A stretch of 63,924 bases of DNA, counting the filler, from Octopus bimaculoides (Eukaryota): assembly GCF_001194135.2 (NCBI RefSeq). It is 6 parts of 6 records of this genome, joined end to end, with 100 filler letters (N's around TTAATTAATTAA, not from the genome) between each part and the next. Parts side by side here need not be neighbours in the genome. Positions count along the whole stretch, not along the records: positions 22,795 to 30,672 come from NC_068987.1; positions 30,773 to 40,639 come from NC_068997.1; 4 more parts are not named here. The stretch is one strand, 5' to 3'. Both the position numbers and the translations under genes were made by a program. Position 1 is the first letter of the stretch, and each line of letters begins with the position of its first letter. The notes under the pieces were generated by a model. The model saw nothing but the letters and a program-made list of their open reading frames with translations, ran no database searches and was not told where the DNA came from. This document shows, piece by piece, positions 24,070 to 37,805 of the stretch.

Positions 24070-25453
24070 ATGTTGCCTGTTTAAATCCATACAACCACAC
24101 TCACACACACACACATATATATATATATAAATACACATACATANNNNNNNNNNNNNNNNNNNNNNNNNNNNNNNNNNNNNNNNNNNNNNNNNNNNNNNNN
24201 NNNNNNNNNNNNNNNNNNNNNNNNNNNNNNNNNNNNNNNNNNNNNNNNTATATATATAAATATATATATATATACATACCCACGCACACACACACACAAA
24301 CAGCCGAGCGCACGCACATTTACATACATATTTATATGTATATATATTGTAAAAACTGTACTGAGTTATTGGAGAGAGATTTGATGTCGACATCGCTATA
24401 TTTATGAGCTCGTATTAGAACGATGCAGTTTAAATTTTGTGTTTCTATTTTCTTAAAAATAAAAAAAAATAAACTGTAGTTGCCCTGTCAGTGTTGCAAA
24501 TCCCAAATGACGTTTAATTCATGGGAGGAATTCTCTATAGTCATGTCACGTGGCGTCACAAGTAAATCACTTCACACAGTCTGCCGCAAAATGAAAGTAC
24601 TTTATTTTCTAACGTTTCTGCCAGCTCGCTACCTTGAATACAAGAAAATATTGAAGGAACGCAATTAGGGAATGCCAAAATTCTGATTGGAACACCTTTA
24701 GTTTTCCGTCACATACACTGAGTCTAAACAACACAAAACATTTTTTTTTTATTATAGTTTCAGCTTAGAGCTGCGGCCATGCTGATGCACCGCCGTGAAA
24801 TTAAAAACAAAAAACACTAATTACAAATTCGACACCATCAAAGAATTAGATGTTATTAATGAATGATTTATAAAGATTTACAGTGAAAGCACGTAGGATT
24901 TTGATCAAATTCAAATTTAACAAAACCAGCTTTTTTTTTTAAAGGTGAGCATTCCTTACATTCTATCAAATTTATGTCTTCCTGTGTTTTCTGGGTGGTC
25001 GCTTTATATAAAACTATTAAGTGTATATGAACGTACATACGTATGCATGATACACATTTATCTATGTGTACATATATCCATCCATCCATCCATTGGTACT
25101 TACATAAAAGTCACATATAAATCTAATTGAAGTTAATCAAATATAAGATGGGTATTTAGCTGGAACTAACATACTTCGCACATAATAATTACGTATCGTA
25201 AGAAGTATGAGAAAGAAATTCAACATTTTATTTTAAGGCCGTATTTGCGAGAAATATGGAGACAGTCTTCCGTTGACAGCCACACACGTCAAAGCTTGGG
25301 GCTTATAGTTGTATGTTATTGAGTACATCCGGTCGTTGAGGGTTCGCTTAGATCCGTAATTTGCAATGTGTGTCTTTTGGATAAAATTTAGAAATCGTTC
25401 ACTTCTTTGACATTTCCTCTGAGGTAGCCTAAGTACAGCTTCAAATTGTGTGA

Positions 25454-25508
<55 letters not shown>

Positions 25509-25886
25509 CATACATACATATACACGCGCGCATACATAGCATAACTGCATAAATACATGTGTGAATGTGTGCGTGCGTGCGTATATGGATACATATATAC
25601 ATACTTACATACAATGCATATATATGCGTGTATATATATGTGTGTCGCCATTTGAGTGTGCTTGTATCAGTCCATATCTACATAATATATACAAAGGTAC
25701 ACACACAACACGCGAAGTTGCGTGCCGCACAGAAGTGTTTTTGTATGTACGTATGAATAAACGTACCTCTATAAATAATAGATATGTATACACATAGTTT
25801 TATATGTATATCTGTATATGTATATATATTTGTGTGTGCATATATAATATATATCTGTGTGCATATATATGCATATATATACATAC

Positions 25887-25973
<87 letters not shown>

Positions 25974-26072
25974 GAGAGAGAGAAACAGAGAATGAAACAG
26001 GCAGACAGACAGAGATATATGCATGTGTTGTGTTTCTGTATGAGCATAAAACGTGACAGAGAGCGTGCGCGC

Positions 26073-26108
<36 letters not shown>

Positions 26109-26477
26109 GTGTGCGAGAGAGATAAGCAAAAATTTCGTCTATTAATGTGTGCACTCTTTGATAAATAAAATAAATATGATGTAAATGTTTACCAGGATGA
26201 GATGTGATCCAGTACACATACGCTCGCGTCCGCTTCCATGAGCGTTCGATGCATGTGTATTCGTACGCAGCAGCCTATCGCCTTATTTATGAAGATATCT
26301 TATAGGGTGCTGACTTCCATTCCCTCTCACTGTTACCCTCCTCGTACACGCGCATATGCTCACCTTCACGTATAAATATCCATATATGTTTGCATGTGTG
26401 TGTGGACGTGGTTGTAGTATGTGTATGCGTGTGTGTGTGTATGTATGTGTGTATGTTTATGTGAGGGCGTGTGAAGG

Positions 26478-26712
26478 TCCGTGTTTTGGTAGTTAAGGTA
26501 TTGAGATCACGAGCGTAAGGTTGTGAGTTTGATACACGGCGGCACGTTGTATCCTGGAGTCACTCACTTCATTCCATGCTGTTCCAGTTCATTCAGCTTG
26601 CAAATGTGAACAGAACTATTTCAAGAGCCAGCCTTGTGATATTCTGCGCCACGCTGAAGCTCCCTGAGAACTATGTTATGGTTACGTGTATCTCTGTGCT
26701 TGACTAATTGCG
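26478..26712 (+). mobile_element. SINE family C, diverged 5' two-thirds
   Basis: GGTAGTTAAGG...GTGAGTTTGAT...CGGCACGTTGT...CCAGCCTTGT...CCCTGAGAACTATGTTA aligns with 101-330. Confidence 0.65.
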
Positions 26713-27284
26713 TTCTGCAGATTAATATTTGTTTTATATTTATATACTGGCAAATTTTGATGACGGTATTCACTTTGTCCAAAGCAAAACATCCTTTCGT
26801 CCTATTCGTCTCAGATGTACCGAAAAATTTTATGACCTGTGCCTGTCCCACCTCCCACTAAAATATGAAAGAATGATAAATAGAATTGCATATATCTGTC
26901 GCGGTTCGTTATCGTTAGCGACGAATGCATTAAAATTTACAACAGAAAAAATATTTGAATTTAGCGTTGGAGCTAGAAACAATGACTGACACCCCACTTC
27001 TCTCACTCTCTCTGAAATGTGCTGAACAACGGTTGATTAAGTAATAATATTACATTAGTTAGCATGGCATTGCAGATTAGCATAAACATTTGTATATAGT
27101 GCTAAATATTGGTCGACTCCGAAACGATGAAAATTAAAGCTTAAAATTACATAAGTTAACGCGCCACCCTTCTCCTTCTGCAATCTGATGTCTACCAAAG
27201 AGACATTAAGTGCTGCTGTGTATTAATATAATTCATGGCACGCTTTGAATGTATCAACCATATATCAGTTATTTCCTCGGGCAT

Positions 27285-27502
27285 TACGACGAGGTGCTGA
27301 ACAGTTCCTAGCTTTGAATAAAAGAAAATATGAAAGGATAGTCAATTATGATTTTATTCAACTTATTTCTCTCTCAGATTCACACACTTATTGAGGTAGT
27401 TATTCAGTGTTTCCAAGATCTGTAAAAAAAAAATCAGAATATAGGGCCTCCAAGACTTTCGTGACACCTTTAAACCCGAGAACGTTTCAGCACTTCTTCT
27501 TA
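27285..27502. mobile_element. Tc1/mariner-type MITE with degenerate ~30-bp TIRs and TA flanks
   Basis: Left TACGACGAGGTGCTGAACAGTTCCTAGCTTT versus right reverse complement TAAGAAGAAGTGCTGAAACGTTCTCGGGTTT. Confidence 0.6.
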
Positions 27503-28169
27503 TGTATGCGTATATATCGACCTGATTTTTTTCCCTGATGAGGAATTAGTATGATTAGATACTGATAGATATATTCCAACAGGTGTCTTTATTGTGTTTG
27601 TCATATCCTCGTTTCGGTTGTGTAATTTCTGTCCTTCTTTCGGTGCCTCTCGTACGCAAACTCGTTCCCTGAAATTCGAAACCAAATCTTATTTAGATAT
27701 ACGCTAGTAGGTTGTTCTTTTCCTGGTATCCTGATCAAAATCATGTACATTCTTTCTCATAAACAGGTAATTCCAAGTATGTACATGCATACATACATAC
27801 ACAAATGCATACGTACATATATATTGAATACATACATACAGAGATACATAAACACACACAAGCGGTCCTACACATACATACGCACACATAAGTACCCCCA
27901 CCACCTCCACACATAACTAGCAGCAACTACATTGTCTAATATGCTATTTTGTAAGATGGTGGCGACTGTAATGATTTGATAACATCTCACCGTTATTTCT
28001 AGCAAGTCAAACCTCCACATTTTCTTTGATTCGTGTTGCCATTTCTCTATGTGTGACAGACTAACTGATTAGCGAGCTGGTTGGTTTGCAAGCTGAGTGG
28101 CTAATGGAAGGCTGGTTATCTGGCTGGCTGGCTGCCTGGTAACATTGTTATTTTAAAAGTACTTGCATA

Positions 28170-28310
28170 ATGGAATTCCGCCGAGGTCGAATTTGCTTTC
28201 ATCCTTTCGGGAACGATAAATTAAATACCAGTTGTGTACTGCGGTCGATCTAATCGACTGGCCCCTCCCCAAAAATTTCGGGCCTTGTGTTTGAGTAGAG
28301 AGAAAAGGAA
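28170..28310 (+). mobile_element. SINE family B, 3' half
   Basis: AATTCCGCCGAGGTCGAATTTGCTTTCATCCTTTCGG...AAATTTCGGGCCTTGTG. Confidence 0.85.
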
Positions 28311-28849
28311 GAAAAAATTGTACTGGAATAAGAATGTACTATAGTACTTTCCTCTCCTTCTTCAACTAAAAAATCTCAAAACAACAAAAATATTAAAGAA
28401 AAAGAAACCTGAAAATACTAAAGAGAAAAAAAAATCCAGAGTCAGAATGGTGTGAGCTAAATGGACATAATACTAGCTGACATTAAATAATGGTAAACAG
28501 TGATGAAACGGAAATAGTATTGGCAGGGTATGATAGGACGTTTTGCTTCTCCGTGTGTATATGTATGTATGTGCGTATGCATGTATGTGTGGCTGTGTGT
28601 ATTTGTATAGCGTAGTGGTTGTGCGTAGAGACACGCAGATGGGAGATGGAATCAAAGTTGGTCGTGAGTACGCAGTCTATATGTGTTTTGATAACATTTC
28701 AATGCTGCCTCCGAACAAACAAACGCACGTCATCATAATCATCGCTCTTGCGCAAATATGCACAACTATATCGAATATATCACCAACAGTAATTAACGTC
28801 ACCTCCACATTCACCAACAACCAGACAACTACCAAAGCAAAAAAAATTT

Positions 28850-29155
28850 AAAAAAGTCACCACCACCGCCGCCGCCACCAAAAGCAACATCAACACCATC
28901 ACCACCAACGCCACGACTAACACCAACAAACACCACGAGCAACACTACTCCACCACCACCACCACTGCTAACACTACCATGAACGCTACCTCCACAGCCA
29001 CAACCATCAATACTACCATGACCACCATCACCACCAACGCCACCATCACCACCAACAGCTCTAGTAATATCACCAATACTACCACACCACCACCACGATA
29101 ATCCTCCTCCGAATCATTGTCTTCCTCGTCATCATTATCATCATTAACAGCGTCA
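28850..29155. repeat. ACC/ATC-rich trinucleotide low-complexity tract
   Basis: Direct reading. Confidence 0.85.
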
Positions 29156-29159
29156 GTTA

Positions 29160-29737
29160 AACAGATACAAAGACAGGCTCTCAGCTTGCCAACACAAAAT
29201 CAAATAGACAATGGAGTGTAAGATGAAGATACTTTTGAATTATTCATTTACTGTTTCACGTATCCTCGTTGGGTTTCCTGTACAGGAGCAATCTTTGTGG
29301 AGATGTGGCCCAATCCTGAAACGCATAGAAACCATTTCTATCGAGCATTTAAAGAAGGATTTAGGGATTGATTTTCATATTTTCTTTTTTTTTCTTCGTT
29401 TGCATAAGAGCCTTTCAGATTTTGCAAACTTTGTACAGCATCTTATAAGAGCCTTCCTTTCCCTGAGAATTTTGTCCTCATGGACAGTAACCTTTCTCTC
29501 TGGGACACACTTGTAGCAACAAATGGCTTCCATTAGAAAAATACGGAGTGAAATCAAGGCTCACGTTCAGCCGTTAATACCTAAACCAGTTTTTCTCTCT
29601 CCTTTTTTTTCTTTCTCATTCGTTTCTTCGAACGATCGAAACGTCAAAGACTTTTCCATTATTCCCGAGCGTCAAACTAATACACCTGCTCCTTGCACTT
29701 TCACCTGGCTTCATCTTCTATTTTCTGTAAAGTAGAA

Positions 29738-29740
<3 letters not shown>
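29160..29740 (+). mobile_element. Probable Penelope-like remnant (3' terminal segment clear; upstream GIY-YIG-like part uncertain)
   Basis: 29637-29690 matches the element at 18895-19090. Upstream frameshifted fragments FIYCF..., LKRI..EH and MDSNLSLWD only loosely recall a PLE endonuclease. Confidence 0.45.
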
Positions 29741-29786
<46 letters not shown>

Positions 29787-29967
29787 NNNNNNNNNNNNNN
29801 NNNNNNNNNNNNNNNNNNNNNNNNNNNNNNNNNNNNNNNNNNNNNNNNNNNNNNNNNNNNNNNNNNNNNNNNNNNNNNNNNNNNNNNNNNNNNNNNNNNN
29901 NNNNNNNNNNNNNNNNNNNNNNNNNNNNNNNNNNNNNNNNNATTGTGTGTGTATGCATATATATGTA

Positions 29968-30004
<37 letters not shown>

Positions 30005-30209
30005 TCTTAGAACCAGAAAAAATGGTGGTTCTAAGGTCTCTGTAAGAAGTCCCGTCGGTAGAAGGTGGTTGGGCTCACTGCCCTACGCGCAATTTATCGG
30101 ACGCAACTCTACATCGTTAACCGGCTACAACAGGAGATGTAATCTTGGGGTTAAAACATCGCAGTGAAGTCTTTTCGAACGGACAGCCATGTTGAAGTAG
30201 GTACGAATA

Positions 30210-30258
<49 letters not shown>

Positions 30259-30571
30259 GTACAAGAATTTAGGTTGATTAAGATAAAATTTAAAAAAGAT
30301 GTGTCCTTCACTATAGAATGCGTTTTTATTTTTATTTTGTTTGGATTCCGACTAAAGTACACACACACTCACACACATGCACGCACGCACACACGAGTGT
30401 GTATATGTGTGTGTATTATATACACACACAGATATATGTGTGTATGTGCGTGCATCTGTGTGAGTATATATGGTAGAAGCAGCATAGACTTAAGCTTTGA
30501 GAGTTTCGTATGTTAGTAATTAGAAACTTTGGTAAGTGGTAACGCTTTTGAGCCACTCTGTAAGTCTTGCC

Positions 30572-30594
30572 AAATAATAATAATAATAATAATG

Positions 30595-30672
<78 letters not shown>
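30572..30672. repeat. (AAT)n microsatellite running into a gap
   Basis: Direct reading. Confidence 0.95.
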
Positions 30673-30716
30673 NNNNNNNNNNNNNNNNNNNNNNNNNNNN
30701 NNNNNNNNNNNNNNNN

Positions 30717-30728
30717 TTAATTAATTAA
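30717..30728. other. Artificial scaffold linker
   Basis: TTAATTAATTAA between N runs. Confidence 0.9.
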
Positions 30729-30959
30729 NNNNNNNNNNNNNNNNNNNNNNNNNNNNNNNNNNNNNNNNNNNNATATACATATATATATATATATTATATG
30801 TTTATGTATATATGTATATATGAATGTATGTATGTATGTATGTATGTATGAATGTATGTATGTATGTGTTGATCAGAAATATACTATAGACACAAGTAAA
30901 ATGAACGATCATATTCTACTTGGAGTTCTAAATTCACCAATAGCAGTCATTCATCTAAG

Positions 30960-31104
<145 letters not shown>

Positions 31105-32201
31105 GTGACTGCTTATTTCTGAGATAAGTCAAATGATAGACACCTCTGACGAGAGCTCAATAAGGTTCGAAAATCATTTGCGGTTATTCATATTTTTTCA
31201 ATATACGTTGAAAGAGTTTAAATTTGCCACGTTACATTTCTTCTACGTAGGTTTTCATATATTCTATATATACTTTGACAATGTGTGGACTGGGATATCG
31301 GTTGATGCTGGGTGTGGATTTTTAGTTTACTAGTTACAAATAATCCATGTGTTAAGAGATAGAGGCCAAATAAAATGAGAGACATTTATAAATCATCAAC
31401 GAGCAATACGTGTTCAAGTGGTGCTACACCATTTTAGAATCGCAAACTTTGTCGGAATCACAATTGACCAAACGGAAAAGTCATTTTTTATATTGCTCAT
31501 TACACGCTTCTATAAATGTTTCTGAAAGAATGCTCTCAGCTAATCCCAATACACATAGCAATGCCCCCATGTAATCAAATGCTCTAAAAAATTTCGTATT
31601 TCATCACAGCACATTAAACATTGTCGCAGACTAATCAGAATTTACAAAATATAATTCCTTATGAATCTATTTGCATTTACAAAACAATGTTCTGAATCCA
31701 ACAACTAAAACTAAGCACATAATTCTGTATAACTGAGGTGAAACATAAGGATTCATACGAAATATGAAATCGCTCTTTTTTATATACTACGCCAAGCTAC
31801 CATTTTTTCTTTTCTTTTAACCGATCCACTATTGTACTGCAAACATTAAGATGTTCTTATTTCTACTGTAGACAGATCTAAAAATGGAGAACAAACGACA
31901 TTTTGAATCATGCAGTTAAGAAAACTGAATTTTAAAATAACACCAAAGCCTCACAGCAATGATAAAACTTGTATGTTGTTGAAGGAACCTATCGTTTCTC
32001 ATTCTTAGATTCAGATCTACTTCACATGTAGCCACTTAACATATCTCAGACATTTTTCTTTGTTAGCACAGAGTGTGATGAAAACAAAATAATCATTGAA
32101 CACACTGTCTCTTGCAACGCTGATACATTACAATTTGCCGAGCTATGTTAATTTATATATACAGACATATACATAAATATACATACATGCACATATGTAT
32201 G

Positions 32202-32237
<36 letters not shown>

Positions 32238-34109
32238 NNNNNNNNNNAGTATTGTTTAACGTACTCATCTCTATGTACGTGTGTTGTTGCCGCATGTTTG
32301 TCTGTGTGTTTGTGTGTCTTTCTATGTTTCTAATTGTTTTGATGCGGATAATTTCTTATATCTTTCAAGATTTTGTATATTTTAATATTAGATACCCGAC
32401 ATCTAATATCAACTGTAGGCAGTTATCACGATTAAATGCTGCGAAAAAAAAAGACACGCTCAGAAATGATTTATTTAAGTTAAACCAAATCTAACTTCCA
32501 ATATCTTTAATGAAAACTTAAATTATTGCAACAATCAAAACGAAAGTTTTAGATAATTTTTTTCTTCTTCCCCAAGAAGCATATTTGTGATTATAATATA
32601 ATCAATATTTCAACGACATGAGTTCATTTAACTATTTAATTAATTTCAATAAATATATTCTGGAACAAATACTGAACAGAAATTCTAATTTTAATGTTTT
32701 CTGCAACTTACAAACAAAAAAAAATTAATAAAATTAAAATCAAACACGTAGTTTCGGCAAAGTCAGAAATTTCATATTATATAAAAATATCCAATTGGAC
32801 AGTTATTCATCAATGTTTAATTTCGTTTCTCACCGCCCTCCCCCTAGTTCTCACCCCACCACCACCACCATCACTGCCATATTTGGTGTTCCGTTTGGAT
32901 TTTGTTTGCTGCTTGTTTTTGTTTGTTTCTTTTTTTTATTTGTTATTGTTATTGTCTAATTTTTATTTATCTTTTTTGATTATTTGATCAAAGCGTCTTC
33001 ATATGGCTGGTGATTTATTAGATAAGGTTTTCANNNNNNNNNNNNNNNNNNNNNNNNNNNNNNNNNNNNNNNNNNNNNNNNNNNNNNNNNNNNNNNNNNN
33101 NNNNNNNNNNNNNNNNNNNNNNNNNNNNNNNNNNNNNNNNNNNNNNNNNNNNNNNNNNNNNNNNNNNNNNNNNNNNNNNNNNNNNNNNNNNNNNNNNNNN
33201 NNNNNNNNNNNNNNNNNNNNNNNNNNNNNNNNNNNNNNNNNNNNNNNNNNNNNNNNNNNNNNNNNNNNNNNNNNNNNNNNNNNNNNNNNNNNNNNNNNNN
33301 NNNNNNNNNNNNNNNNNNNNNNNNNNNNNNNNNNNNNNNNNNNNNNNNNNNNNNNNNNNNNNNNNNNNNNNNNNNNNNNNNNNNNNNNNNNNNNNNNNNN
33401 NNNNNNNNNNNNNNNNNNNNNNNNNNNNNNNNNNNNNNNNNNNNNNTACATATATATATATACATATATATATACATATATATATACATATATATTTATT
33501 AATTTATATATTTATATGAGTATATATATATATGAATATGTATATTAATTTATATCTATATAAATATATATATATATATATTAATTTACATACATATGAA
33601 TATATATGTGTGTATGTGCATGTGTGTGTGCATGTCTGTATGTTTATATATATATAGGTATATATGTATGTATGTATGTATATAATTATGTATGTGTATG
33701 GTGCGTGTGTGTGTGTGTCTGTGTCTGTGTGTGTAACGGATATGTTTGTATATAATTATGTTTCTAGCTATCTTTCAGTACAGATGTGCAGACAAATCTG
33801 GAAATGGATTTTGATGTACGAAAATCCATGTAAATATTTAGCGCAATCATATAAAACTTCTTTTTAATTGAAATACGTATGGAACTTTAAATTATAGGTT
33901 AGAGATATGAATGCACATACGAAATATATTCGCAAAATAAATGCCAGGGGTCCAGATGATGTGGTTGATCGACTTGCTAGAAACAGCAGTCAAATATCAC
34001 TAAAGTCATACATTCCCCCTAAAATAAAAGACGGGATGGTTATGGTTGTAATGGCTTTGATCATTAGTCTTTTCCAGCAGAGCTAACTTGGGGGATAAAC
34101 ATAATCGCA

Positions 34110-34255
34110 GACAGGCTGTGCGGTAGTAAGTTTGGCTGATTCTGGGCTCAGTCCCACTGAAAGGCACGTTGGGCAAATGTCTTCTACTGTAACCTCGGGT
34201 CAAATAAAGCCTTGTAAGTGGATTTGGTCGACGAAAACTGAAAGAAGCCCGTTGA

Positions 34256-34292
<37 letters not shown>
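34110..34292 (+). mobile_element. SINE family A, 5' half ending in (TG)n and a gap
   Basis: GGCTGTGCGGTAGTAAGTTTG...TTGGGCAAATGTCTTCTACT...AAAACTGAAAGAAGCCCGT. Confidence 0.85.
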
Positions 34293-34723
34293 NNNNNNNN
34301 NNNNNNNNNNNNNNNNNNNNNNNNNNNNNNNNNNNNNNNNNNNNNNNNNNNNNNNNNNNNNNNNNNNNNNNNNNNNNNNNNNNNNNNNNNNNNNNNNNNN
34401 NNNNNNNNNNNNNNNNNNNNNNNNNNNNNNNNNNNNNNNNNNNNNNNNNNNNNNNNNNNNNNNNNNNNNNNNNNNNNNNNNNNNNNNNNNNNNNNNNNNN
34501 NNNNNNNNNNNNNNNNNNNNNNNNNNNNNNNNNNNNNNNNNNNNNNNNNNNNNNNNNNNNNNNNNNNNNNNNNNNNNNNNNNNNNNNNNNNNNNNNNNNN
34601 NNNNNNNNNNNNNNNNNNNNNNNNNNNNNNNNNNNNNNNNNNNNNNNNNNNNNNNNNNNNNNNNNNNNNNNNNNNNNNNNNNNNNNNNNNNNNNNNNNNN
34701 NNNNNNNNNNNNNNNNNNNNNNN

Positions 34724-34790
<67 letters not shown>

Positions 34791-34827
34791 ATATGCATAT
34801 AGCGTGTATGCGTTTAGTCCAGGAATC

Positions 34828-37110
34828 TTAAATGGAGAATCCCTGGAATGTTTTACACCTTCTCACTGCTTCCCTAATCGTTTGTATTTGGGAGAATGGA
34901 AATTAGTTTGTTTCGTTTCTGTTTCGAGAGCTCCAGCTATTCTAGGCTTCTCTTGCGAATCTGGAGTTACATGGGTCAGTGCACCATTGGTAATATGCAC
35001 AAATGAAAACCTATAGCCTGGATATAAGCATGGTAAGTTTCACATTAATCCTCCATGGATGTTCCCCTTCTCTCGAATTTACAACGAGACATTAACATCT
35101 GCCAGGCTGATAACCTCTACAGCAGTGCATAGCTTCTACTTCCTGTCCCATAGAACAATAGCTGGCCTATTCTGTTTACGCCGAGTTCTGTTTTTATAGG
35201 CAAGCTTCACAAGTATTCATTATTTTTAAAATGGTGGATATTTCTGCTTCTGGTGTGCTGTTGGTATGGCAGTCAGAACACTCCTTTCTTCCGTATAGCA
35301 TTGTAGACGCTTTTGACGATAATCTCTTGCCTCGTGGAAAAGTATTATCTTGCAGACTATTTTGGATGAAATGGATGTTATCTTCTACACTAGTATGGCA
35401 CAATCGTCCTTTTCTATGACGACGTGCAGATCTAGAGGCATCATTATTTCTCTTGTTGATCAGGTATTTAGAAGCTATCTCCTGTCCTTGGATAGCAAAG
35501 CTTTTGCAAATGCGTACACGTTTAAATGAGATATGATGTATCTGTCACAGGTCCAAGAGAGGCTACCAATGCTGTTGACATCCTCTGGCTCAGTGGTTCT
35601 CAACAGGGGTCTATATGGCCCTCGGGGGTCCTTATAAGATTTTTTTGTTAAAATTTATTTGCAATAAACTGATTACACTTCAACAATACACAAAATATCT
35701 AAACAGTTTCTTTTACACAATTCCTTATATTATTTAAGTATAAAAATATAGGATTTTTTTGAAACAGGAATCAGAAGGATCCATAGTTTTAAAATGATTG
35801 AGAACCGCTGCTCTAGTTTGTTGGAAATGTACTCACGTGTAACTTCCTGTCAGCATGATGAATATTTCTCCAAAACTCTATGAAAGTAGTTAAGTCGAGC
35901 CACCCACGATTCACATGGAACAGCTGAACACTCATGCTACTTGTTCAGAAGTTCGTCTTATCACGTTTTGGTTTTAGCAGTTGAGTATACATATGATATA
36001 TTAATGTTTTTCTTTACTGTTCAGTAAGTGTTATCTAAGCGACACGATGTGACACTCAAAGGCTGATCTTATTTCTCTGCCTCCGTCCCTATTTTTTACT
36101 TTGATCTTGTCAGTGTCTCTGTTATGGGTGTTACAAGTTCCTGTTAGTATCTTCTTAGTCCAGATGACCAAATTGTGGATTTCTTCAAGTGTCCAGTCTT
36201 GAAATCCCAGCGTTGGTACTAGCAGTGTGCAGTCTACTGGAGCATATTTTTTGGCATTCCCGCTTTACTTACAATACCAATGTGCGCAGCATTCTCGTCG
36301 GTTGGTATTCATAGTCCTTGTTTGGCCCATAACCTTTCTTGTTTGACTGTTAGATACAAACATTTATCCTGACCAAACCCCATTCAAGAGTATTATTATG
36401 ACCAGCTCCAATCGTCTTTTAATGTCATGATTATCCCTTGAACACAACTTAATGTCATCAAAAAGAGTTGAGGATGGCATTAATTTGTCTCTTCCCTACA
36501 GCTCCTGTCATGTAAGCTTTTGCATTTCCCAACAAGTTTGTCAGGGGATTCACTACTAGGAATAGAAGCATTACACATAAGCTATCAATATCCCTGTTGA
36601 TAGCCTAATTCTTTCAATAACTATGGTACAAGCCATGGTTTTTATCAATAGCTCTGTAAACCATGTTGTTGTGTCCCTTAATGGGCATCGACCAAAGCAG
36701 TTGAAACTTTAGCAAGGTGACTGTAGTATCAATGAATGTAGAACAGAGTGAAGCGCCTTCTCATCGTATACGCATACAGACAGCTTCCTAAAGAACGGTT
36801 ACAGACTGCTTTCTTTCCTCCTACCTGCTCATCAGTAACCGTATTGCCTGAAGGAACACGTTCAAGTAAAATGTGTGTAAGTTATACATTACAGTCAAGG
36901 ACGTTTATTGCCTGAAGTTTCTGGCTGTCTGCACCTCCTGGTGTTTAGGTACTAGTGTTGAATGTACAACAGGCAACCAATCTGGTACATGGGGTTCAGC
37001 GTTCAGCGTCCCTTGGAACAAGTTGATGAAGATCTGCCCAGAAGAACGTGAGCTTTTCGCACCAACAATAAATTATCAGGTCTCCCAAAATGATTTTCTC
37101 CTAGGTAGCT
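34828..37110 (-). mobile_element. Old R4/Dong-type LINE (RT plus CCHC/RLE domains), heavily decayed, split by a hAT MITE
   Basis: Minus-strand fragments PDWLPVVHSTLVPK, DEQVGGKKA, KALHSVLHS, LFFDDIKL, GFGQDKC, DWTLEEIHNL, AFECHIVS, EIASKYLINKR, KSVYNAIRKK, VRRCKTFQGFSI*, with many stops and frameshifts. Confidence 0.85.
35591..35810 (+). mobile_element. Complete 220-bp hAT-type MITE
   Basis: TIRs CAGTGGTTCTCAAC / GATTGAGAACCGCTG. 8-bp flanks CTCTGGCT and CTCTAGTT (6/8 match, target-site-duplication-like). Confidence 0.85.
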
Positions 37111-37481
37111 TTACAACAACCGCCAAAAAGGAACTTCACGGGTTATATATTTGGAGAAAAACGTTTACAAAGTACTCACTCCATAGCTCATTTACCTACA
37201 TTCCATCGGCAGATATGTTGCTTGTTTACATTCCTAATCCCACCACAAAAATATTCAAAACCATTTAGAGGAGGGACATTTATGACCGTGACAGTATAGC
37301 CTTTCTGGGTCATCTGTGGAGATAAAAGCCTTAGTTTCTCATCTTATTCATAATCGTTCTTTCTTGTGTGTGTGTCTCTGTGTGTGTGTGTGTGTGTGTT
37401 ATTTTTTGTTTGTTTTTACAGCAACATGATAGCACAGAAATTCATTCGTATTAACTCATACATACTGGTTATTTGTGTGCA

Positions 37482-37805
37482 ATGGCTTAGTGTTTAGAAC
37501 GTTGGGCTTACGATCATGAGGTAGTGAGTTCGATTCCTGGACTGGGCTCTCTGTTGTGTTTTTGTGCAAGACACTTTATTTCACGTTGCTCCAGTTCGCT
37601 CAGCAGGTGCCAAACTGTATCGGCCTTTGCTTTCCCTTGGATAACAGAGGACCTATGTCATATGCGGCGTGGAAAGGAGAGGCTGGTATGCATGGGCGAC
37701 TGTTGGTCTTCCATAAACAACCTTACCCGAACTTGTACCTCGGAGGGTAACATTCTAGGTACAATTCTATGGTCATTCATGACCGAAGGGGTGTCTTTAC
37801 CCCTT
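37482..37805 (+). mobile_element. tRNA-derived SINE, family D
   Basis: TGGCTTAGTG...GAGTTCGATTCC head. It shares GCAAGACACTTTATTTCACGTTGCTCC with family C but has a different 3' part ending GTCTTTACCCTT. Confidence 0.75.

Noticed and set aside
26729-26989. 86-aa ORF (similarly 13008-13244, 10454-10771, 7297-7539)
   Set aside because: No recognisable domain or convincing splice signals; the length is within chance expectation.
29230-29557. Selenoprotein-like read-through of the in-frame TGA at 29375-29377
   Set aside because: The TGA follows a poly-A run, no SECIS or selenoprotein motif is visible, and the region adjoins a Penelope end.
30007-30035. 10-bp inverted repeat CTTAGAACCA/TGGTTCTAAG (and a similar palindrome at 20189-20213)
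   Set aside because: Short isolated inverted repeats are expected by chance, and there is no associated element.
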